Shown: one piece after another, positions 56,901-64,000 of the stretch
How positions within the stretch are numbered: position 1 is the stretch's first letter
Layout: each line of letters opens with the position of its first letter
Source of the DNA: a virus
Direction: 5' to 3' (one strand)
Virus record (IMG/VR): IMGVR_UViG_3300038466_000014
DNA length: 64,000 bases
The notes under the pieces: generated by a model
Database searches by the model: none
What the model saw: the letters and a program-made list of their open reading frames with translations, nothing else
Told to the model about the DNA's origin: nothing
Made by a program: the position numbers and the translations under genes

Positions 56901-58717
56901 CATCTGTTTTAGATTTATGACACTCGATTTATGATATAAATGGTATCCGAGATCAGGACAAAAAGTATACATTTCGGCTATCCAATCGGATTTTTTCCTT
57001 ACTCTCTTGATATTGTCTATAGTATGAAAATCCATAGACAAAAAGTATTTTTTCATATATTTTCCTTATTTTAATGTTGTTGTATGGAGGTGTCGAATGA
57101 AAATGAAAAATATAATCCCTTTGTTCGATCAAATCCTTTTTGCTGGATACTGATATCCCTAATCGAAAGGGTTGATTTATTAATATATAACCAAATATCA
57201 GCGCTGTATGAATGCATATTTGCAAGTTTTTTGCGCTCAACAAATAATTGATGATGTAATCTATCCCAGGCGGATTTCCAGGGAACGTATGGATGTTGAT
57301 ATGGAGTATTTATTTTCATTGTGATTTCTGTATGTTACATTGTAGTCGTGTAGTGAATACCCGTCTGTTATAAAACTTTATACGTTTATGATACTTATAT
57401 CAAATTCGAGTTCTTGTCCAACCTTCGGATTATTATAATCATAGAAAATTATTCGGATATCTATTGTGGGAAAGTGTGGATCGTGACTATATTTCCGCGA
57501 GATAAAATATATTTTTGGGGATTGAATCATATTATGATTTATAATACTTATAGCTTCTATATTCTTATGGGTGCCCCGATCAAAATATACAAAACGTTCG
57601 ATATCTGAAAACAAAGACGCATACATCGCATACATCGGTTCACGATTTTTAATGAAAGTCTTTCTTATATAATCCCACGATAAATCCCAATCTAAATTAC
57701 TTCTTGTTGGCATACAGGAGTTCATTGCGTTTTCCAGAACGGATACGATAAGTGTTTAAAAATGTTTAATTTGTCGGGACGAATCAAAGGATATTTAAGC
57801 ATATCGTTTGATACGGGTGGATAAATATCGTATAAAGTGCATATAAACCCATTATTGTATAATACCGGTTTTAGTACGGTTGGATAATTTTCATAAGGAG
57901 AATCTCTGTATATTAAATAATTTCCAACGAAAGCGTATATATTTGGAAATATAACCATACCCGACTTATTACGACATAATTTGTAGAAAGCGCTGTAATA
58001 ACCATATCCCCCTTAGATCAGTAAATACTTGGGATTCGACATACATAATTTTTAATGCTATTGAACTAACCTCTTGAAAACTAAACAACGGATTAGATGT
58101 TACTGGTTCTCCGAATTTCATTAATGAACCATTGGTTTATTAATAACTTAGTCATCTCATCATATGCGTATAATTTAAATTGGTAATATGGTTTATTTAA
58201 TACAATGGACAAAACCAACAAAGGTTTGGGGTCGAGTCTTATATTATAAATGTATTGTATATTCTATATATTTTTAAACCGTTGTTGTACATGGCCCTAT
58301 GAAATTTAATTATTTTTTTACGATCGTTTTATTTTAAATTGTATTCTCTAATAGACAAATAATTTTTCATTTTATCCTTCCGGATATAGGCAATAAGATA
58401 TTCCTAAAATCCGAAATCTTACTGAATATGCTTTTAGTATATAACATGATAAAATAGTATGATAATAAATTACATCCTACTGAGTAGGGAACATACTATC
58501 GAGGAGGGGAGTTTTAGAATATGATTTCATTTTATCCTTCCTCTCTGGACGGAGAAAAGTCAAATCGAATGTCGAAATCCCTAAAGGTATAATCGGATAT
58601 TCCGTTATATCCAACATTATGTTGTATATGTCCTGGAATTATATACTGTATGTTGAACAATCTACAAATAAAATAGTTTGTACTTTTACTTTGTATATTA
58701 TAATTCGCGGTTTTCAT
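50989..58717 (-). other. tandem array of about 25 small diverged paralogous genes and pseudogenes
   Basis: shared N-terminus MKx[YHF]xx[LI]SxxxYxxF, internal DLF.[FI]..[GN].[LI] motif, frequent ATGA coupling, about 250-400 bp period. Confidence 0.8.
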
Positions 58718-58760
58718 AAATCCTCCTTTAAACTTTATAAAAATACAGTTTGAGATTATG

Positions 58761-58810
58761 AACCCCATAGATATATACCGGCGTTGCTCATGGTATATAT
58801 CTATGGGGTT
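58761..58810 (-). repeat. perfect 19-bp inverted repeat (5' leader hairpin of the array)
   Basis: AACCCCATAGATATATACC (58761-58779)/GGTATATATCTATGGGGTT (58792-58810). Confidence 0.9.
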
Positions 58811-58822
58811 ACATTTATTAAT

Positions 58823-58837
58823 ATTTAATATATATAA
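58823..58837 (-). promoter_or_regulatory. motif A heading the paralogue array
   Basis: exact match, 12 nt upstream of the hairpin. Confidence 0.7.
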
Positions 58838-58893
58838 TAAGATCGCTTACAAATACCTTCGAAATATAAAACCATAAATAATCTCCAGTTATA

Positions 58894-59670
58894 TTAACAG
58901 TTGAAATACAAACTCTTCCTGAAAAAATTCAAAGATTCTACTAATTTGGGATTTGTCAATATGACAGATCCTATACCAAATGTTTTACACCCCATATCGA
59001 ATAGTTTATGGATGTCCCCCCGGCGCACCCAGGACACTCCCGCGATTTCCGGAATATCCGGTTTTCCCTGATAATTCTCTATAAATCCCCAATTTAATTC
59101 CTGTGCTTTCTTTCCAGACCACGATCCTATATATCTACCAGGAACTGAATTCAGATGAATTCTTTTAACAGGCAGTCCCTTGATTCTTTCAACGTCGAAA
59201 TCGTACCTGACTTTTAAATAGATGGTTAAATCGGTTAGATTATCCATTTTGGAAAACAATTTCTCCAAATCAATATCATCATAATCTGTATTAGAATTAG
59301 GACATGATAGATTGATCTCCAACGCACGTATATTATAATATTTGGATAAAGTATGAATCATCGAAGACAATTCAGGAAACGATCCGGATATCGAGCAAAT
59401 ATCTATTTGTTTATAATATTTACGTTCTACATAATCCGCATATTTCTTCAACCACATACCCATTCCATCGTTATGCAAGCCATATTTGTTCCATACGGAA
59501 TCGCCGAGAGGAAGAATAGTAAATGGTAGTCCTTTATTTTTATAAAGTGTTATCGTTTTTGATACAACTGGAAAATTGTTTGGAAACTTGTAGAACTTAT
59601 GCCAGAAATATCCTTCTCCGTAAAATCCCATAGTTCCAGACTGGTAAAAGAAGTCAATCATTTTCACCAT
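58894..59670 (-). CDS. pyrD: dihydroorotate dehydrogenase-like protein
   Basis: SGTMG, SKTIT, N..GL.N.G, SISG, EINLSCPN, LK, NS, SG. Confidence 0.85.
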   Translation of the reverse strand: MVKMIDFFYQSGTMGFYGEGYFWHKFYKFPNNFPVVSKTITLYKNKGLPFTILPLGDSVWNKYGLHNDGMGMWLKKYADYVERKYYKQIDICSISGSFPELSSMIHTLSKYYNIRALEINLSCPNSNTDYDDIDLEKLFSKMDNLTDLTIYLKVRYDFDVERIKGLPVKRIHLNSVPGRYIGSWSGKKAQELNWGFIENYQGKPDIPEIAGVSWVRRGDIHKLFDMGCKTFGIGSVILTNPKLVESLNFFRKSLYFNC

Positions 59671-60755
59671 CCTTGAAAGTCAGGCAAGGATTCCATTGGA
59701 TTATCCCGGAACGAGACTACGTATAATAGTATTTTACCCATTTATAAATTACTCTTTTTTAGTAGGAATTTTAGAGAAAGTGAACTGAACCGTGAACATG
59801 ACTCTAAATTTTGTATATATCAAATCGTTGGCATACACCACAATATCCAATGGTTCTCCAAGTTTCCAGTCTGCGTTTTCCACGTAAACCCGATCTGTGA
59901 CAAATCTATGTATATCCGACATAATACATTCCGTTCCGACTGTACTCATCCAAATATCTTCGTCTATAGGGGCTGAATCTAATGATTGAATATCCTGTCT
60001 TTGATTTTCCGTTGGTTTAACTGGAACATTACGTTCGTGTTTCAATACTAAATTCACTACCGATAACATATAATTATATAGTTTATAATCCATATGCGAA
60101 TCATATAGTGCGCAGCATGGATTCTCGCAATAAAAGTCCCCGTCCCCATTGACTACACCCCCATCAACAGCAACGTTAAATCTTATATAACCGGATTCCT
60201 GAAACCCGTCCATATGCGATTATTTATAATCATAATGCCCGCTTATACACTTTCCACACGCAGGACAACCCCCCGACTTCCAACATATTATACCCCTTTT
60301 TCAAGTAGTTCTTTTACCGACGAATATTCATCGAATAATTTTAGAATGGCCTTTTTAACTATATATGTATTAATTTTTTCGGCCCCGATCGATGGGGTCT
60401 GACCATGGGTTTCGAGATACCATTTTTTATCCACATCTGAATATTTTATATACGATTGTTTAATACCACGTCACGTGCAAAAACGATTTTTAAGTATGTG
60501 GTTGAATTTATATAAATCCTGATCAATGATAATCCTAAATAGAATGAGATTTCGTATAGTACATCGTTAATGTTTGGTTTCTGATTAGCGTATGTCATGT
60601 CAAATCAGTAACAATTTTTCTAATTATACGATTTAAATCATTGATTGTAACTGCTAAATGATTTAAATATTGTTCCTCTACATATTTCTGTGATATAATT
60701 ATATCCTTTAATAAATTGTCTATTTCCGTTTCGTGCATTTACAGTTATCCCTCTG

Positions 60756-61343
60756 TTATATTATTTTTACTTTGGATTTAACCAGAGGAATATCTTCCTT
60801 ACAGGCGCGACAATCATCCGGATGGAATCGCTTAAAAGGCTCTGTCTGAATAATGGTCGCCACATCTATACGCGGCGGGTTTAAATTATCCGGATTGAAA
60901 ATTGTTACACAACCTATAAGAAATTTCGGATATCTGGGGCGATTATATTTCAGAAGTTTATCGATTTCCGAAGTTAGAATATTGGTAACCAAAATGGTCC
61001 CTATGGAGTGTATTCCATGTATATCGACGGATGGTAAGAATCCAACATGATCGAATCCATAAGCAGTCATCATTCCTAAAGAATTTGGATCGGATTCCAA
61101 CGAAGCTATTTTAAAGAGACCGCTATTCCTAATTCTGGAGTTATTTATCCATTTCTTAAATATCTTTTGACAATGATATGCTGTCTCGTGTATGACATAA
61201 GGCATAAGAATATCATCGGAAAATAACTTCTTTATATTTATATCTCTCATGCAGTGTGTCCCATCTGGATATTCGAAATGCCCGTAATATATAATCTCAT
61301 TTTTATAACATATTTCCTCCAACGAGTCTGGATAAATATACAT
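60756..61343 (-). CDS. second divergent orotate PRTase-like protein
   Basis: GHF.YPDG.H, VTNILTS at the PRPP-loop position, C-terminal P..C..CK..IPL.K. Confidence 0.6.
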   Translation of the reverse strand: MYIYPDSLEEICYKNEIIYYGHFEYPDGTHCMRDINIKKLFSDDILMPYVIHETAYHCQKIFKKWINNSRIRNSGLFKIASLESDPNSLGMMTAYGFDHVGFLPSVDIHGIHSIGTILVTNILTSEIDKLLKYNRPRYPKFLIGCVTIFNPDNLNPPRIDVATIIQTEPFKRFHPDDCRACKEDIPLVKSKVKII

Positions 61344-61363
61344 AGGAATATTCTTTCTCCTTT

Positions 61364-61612
61364 TTAAGATATACCGGATTTAAATTCTTTCCATGCCTTG
61401 GCTTTTTGATTCCATGACGAAATAGCAGAACCGGGAGTAAGTTCATCCGCACTCTGTGCCTTGCATTTCGGACATCTGATACGCCATCCGCTGGAACCAT
61501 AATCACCATCTCCGGTCTGGATAAGATTCGCCCCCATATAACCACACCAGAAACATGTATCTATATGTTTTTTCATATCTTCTTCATATTCTTTTAAAGC
61601 CGTTTTGTCCAC
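61364..61612 (-). CDS. Lar-family zinc-ribbon protein
   Basis: CFWCG...I.CPKC.A......AI..WN. Confidence 0.7.
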   Translation of the reverse strand: MDKTALKEYEEDMKKHIDTCFWCGYMGANLIQTGDGDYGSSGWRIRCPKCKAQSADELTPGSAISSWNQKAKAWKEFKSGIS

Positions 61613-62192
61613 GATAACCTTTGTCTATATTCTTTCAATTAGGGAAATAAAATCGTGCATGGTGGTATCTGGGCATAATTGTTGAAGTATAGAAAGGGAT
61701 TCTTCCGGATAAAAGCGCCCTCGGTCCAGATTATTTAGATTAGATTTTTTATACCATAGCGCCGGATATTTTTTATTCGGATCGATATCCACAAGTTCGA
61801 TATATCGATATGGATTATCGGAATCTATTAATGTCAAATTATAGCCTACTTGTTCATTGGCTCTTCGAAAAGGATCGTCGTTATTATTACAAAACTTGAA
61901 ATATTTTGATTCCTCAACTTCCACACCATCTATTAAAAACCGTTCGCGTTTGAAGACTGTCCAGAAATATTTCGGAAAATCCGGAATAATGTTTATAAAG
62001 TCCCGGAGGGAGCCAAATCCATCCATCAATATACTAAACAGTCCGTTTGAAAATTCTGGAATATAGATATGGTATTGAGTTAAAAGATAGTTCATATCAG
62101 CATATGTATAAAATTTAGTATCATCTATATAACATATATTCCAGTCTCCGGAAACAAACGCCAAATGCATATCTGAACTCAATTTATGATAC

Positions 62193-62828
62193 TTAACAAA
62201 TTCGTTCATGATTTTTTCTCTTTATATTAGGTATGAGTTTTTGATGCATCCAATGAACATCTGTACACACATGATCTTTTCTTACCCACTTTACCACATT
62301 ATCCTTAAATTCTGAATACTTAAAAGAATCCATATTTCTAATTACAAACCCCTCTGTTTTATTTGTATCTAAAGACTTATGTAAATTGTATATTAAGTTA
62401 TTATCCCATTTACCTTCATATAACATCGGAACCGTTTTTAGATCCAGTAACTGGCACCATTCTACAGTTTCTTTCCATGATAAACACACATCATTATTCC
62501 ATATATTAAATATTAATATATAGTCTTCCAAATTATCATAAAAAATTGATTTACCATAATGAAGATTTTCTCCGCATATTCTCATATCATTGGGTATTAA
62601 ATGTTTTATAAGTCCATGGATTTGTTTTACATAATGTCTCGATACATGATCTCCGCTGTCTAACGATCTTGCCCACGTTTTTATATTATCCATAGAGAAA
62701 TTTTCACCATCCATTTTTTCAGTAATAACTATATCCTTATCAAAAAAACATTTTAAATTGTGTATAACTTTATCATCATCCGATACACCTTCGGACCAGG
62801 GGAGATGAAAAGTTCTTGGGTATTTCAT
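62193..62828 (-). CDS. RNA ligase-family nucleotidyltransferase
   Basis: KYPRT.HLPWS.G...DD, TEKMDGEN, GEN, EGFVIR, KWVR. Confidence 0.9.
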   Translation of the reverse strand: MKYPRTFHLPWSEGVSDDDKVIHNLKCFFDKDIVITEKMDGENFSMDNIKTWARSLDSGDHVSRHYVKQIHGLIKHLIPNDMRICGENLHYGKSIFYDNLEDYILIFNIWNNDVCLSWKETVEWCQLLDLKTVPMLYEGKWDNNLIYNLHKSLDTNKTEGFVIRNMDSFKYSEFKDNVVKWVRKDHVCTDVHWMHQKLIPNIKRKNHERIC

Positions 62829-62904
62829 AGTGATGTTAGAAGATATTTTTGAACCCGTTTCGTATTTCCAGTAGACACGTATGCTTTCAATGACATTTCA
62901 AAAG

Positions 62905-63273
62905 TCATAAGTTCTCCTCTGGTTGTAAATTCCGGAAATGTATCGGCGATTTTGGGTCATACATAATCACCGGAATTTTCTTTTCAAGCGCTATCCTGAT
63001 TTCTTTCAGAGTTCCGGTAGATTTTTGCCATCCGGGAGCAAGTATAAAAAAATCCGCCCATTATTTTACTATTCCGACCGAAAATTCCAAGAATCTATTA
63101 TCCGGGACCATACCGTCCATAAATGCGGAGTTACCATGAAACCAAATATTATCTGCTCCGGACTGCCACGCTATTACCGCTATTTGTCGCGCAATGACAA
63201 TATTTGTAAAGATGTCATTGATGTTATTGGACCGTTATGGTCCGCAAACAGCGCGTTTTAACCGCAAATTCAT
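62905..63273 (-). pseudogene. DUF4406/nucleoside deoxyribosyltransferase-like pseudogene
   Basis: single frame with in-frame TAA at 63235-63237 (GP*RS) and 63061-63063; PGWQKSTG...E...A....IPV motif. Confidence 0.7.
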
Positions 63274-63283
63274 TCATTTTCCT

Positions 63284-63333
63284 TTTTACGATCCTCCCGA
63301 TCCGGTGATATATGGACCAGGAGGATCGTAAAA
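63284..63333. terminator. 14-bp inverted repeat downstream of the repeat-protein gene
   Basis: TTTTACGATCCTCC/GGAGGATCGTAAAA. Confidence 0.6.
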
Positions 63334-63345
63334 TATTGTTGTAGG

Positions 63346-64000
63346 TTATGCCTTCTTCACAAACCGTCCGTTTTCATCGAGCCGGTACGGAACGTCCGGC
63401 TCGATGCCGCCTTCGCCGACGTAGGCGGTGATGATCCTGTGCCGACCGGCTTCAGGATCATAACATTTGACGGATAAGGACGACCCGTCACCGCCGGTTA
63501 CGGTGGATTCGTAACCGGCGGTGACGGTTGACCAGTTTCCACCGGTTACGGTGGATTCGTCACCGGCGGTTACGGTTGATTTGTCACCGCCGGTGACGGT
63601 GGATTCGTCACCGGCGGTTACGGTTGAAAAGTTTCCGCCGGATACAATTGATCCGTATCCACCGGTTACGGCGGATTCGTCACCGGCGGTGACGGTTGAT
63701 CTGTCACCACCGGTGACGGTGGATTCGTCTCCACCGGTGACGGTTGATTTGTCACCGCCGGTGACAACCGATCTGTATCCGCCGGTGACGGTTGATCCGT
63801 GTCCACCGGTGACAGTTGATCTGTCTCCACCGGTGACGGTGGATTTGTCACCGCCGGATACAGTTGATCCGTCTCCGGCGGTGACGGTTGATTTGTCTCC
63901 ACCGGTGACGGTGGATATGTATCCGCCAATCGCCGTTCCGTTATCACCCACGGTGATAAACGCCCCGGCGATTTTCGACGGTTCTCCGCCGTTCGCGATC
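63346..64000 (-). CDS. ice-nucleation-like octapeptide-repeat protein, 5' end beyond the window
   Basis: 18 x STVT[GA]Gxx; frame open to the window edge; C-terminal YVGEGGIEPDVPYRLDENGRF. Confidence 0.75.
   Translation of the reverse strand, partial: IANGGEPSKIAGAFITVGDNGTAIGGYISTVTGGDKSTVTAGDGSTVSGGDKSTVTGGDRSTVTGGHGSTVTGGYRSVVTGGDKSTVTGGDESTVTGGDRSTVTAGDESAVTGGYGSIVSGGNFSTVTAGDESTVTGGDKSTVTAGDESTVTGGNWSTVTAGYESTVTGGDGSSLSVKCYDPEAGRHRIITAYVGEGGIEPDVPYRLDENGRFVKKA
63484..63915 (-). repeat. 24-bp coding tandem repeat, 18 units
   Basis: GGTGACGGTTGAT..GTC.CC.CC periodicity. Confidence 0.9.

Noticed and set aside
14130-58530. Stop-codon reassignment (TAG read as an amino acid), suggested by in-frame TAGs at 14457, 51921 and about 58477
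   Set aside because: SSB ends DDIPF-TAG, and primase, helicase and portal also end at TAG. Equivalent interruptions by TAA and by frameshifts are just as common.
50989-58717. Integron cassette array or DGR products
   Set aside because: Units abut or overlap (ATGA) with no attC-like palindromes between them, and no near-identical TR/VR pair, integrase or RT is visible.
60580-60610. Apparent 5-bp duplication (TGACA twice on the minus strand) breaking a gene
   Set aside because: It is equally explained by an ordinary ATGA stop/start overlap of two small genes, so it cannot be decided from sequence.
1652-63261. Many opposite-strand ORFs in the track (for example 24262-24783, 26516-27118, 44946-45398, 45704-46162, 62938-63261)
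   Set aside because: They are antisense shadows of better-supported genes or pseudogenes, with no RBS or motifs.
63484-63915. CRISPR array or DGR repeats
   Set aside because: Contiguous in-frame 24-bp coding repeat without spacers; no reverse transcriptase in the window.
1-64000. tRNA, rRNA or tmRNA genes
   Set aside because: No cloverleaf with a T-loop in intergenic space was seen by eye; tRNAscan-SE or ARAGORN would be needed to exclude them formally.

Overview
AT-rich segment of a large tailed-phage genome with T4-like head and replication genes, read in the standard genetic code (TAG is a true stop). It has four blocks. (1) 1-29.6 kb: a mostly minus-strand accessory arm with SSB, DpnIIB-like DNA MTase, QueC-like pseudogene, macrodomain, DUF262, nucleotidyltransferase, 3D protein, ankyrin protein and many hypotheticals. 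(2) 29.9-50.9 kb: a plus-strand core block with a 993-aa SF2/origin-binding-like helicase followed by an iteron- and hairpin-rich non-coding region, then clamp loader, primase, DnaB-like helicase, GAF protein, glycosyltransferase, portal and prohead protease. (3) 51.0-58.8 kb: an apparent single transcription unit of about 25 tandem, strongly diverged small paralogues, roughly half of them broken. (4) 58.9-64 kb: PyrD, a PyrE-like protein, an RNA ligase and a GC-rich ice-nucleation-like octapeptide repeat gene cut by the window edge. Two recurrent intergenic promoter-like motifs (TTATATATATTAAAT and AGGACAAATTTTAAA), candidate structured RNAs and selective pseudogenisation of accessory genes are visible. 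All functional calls come from motifs read by eye; no database search was run.
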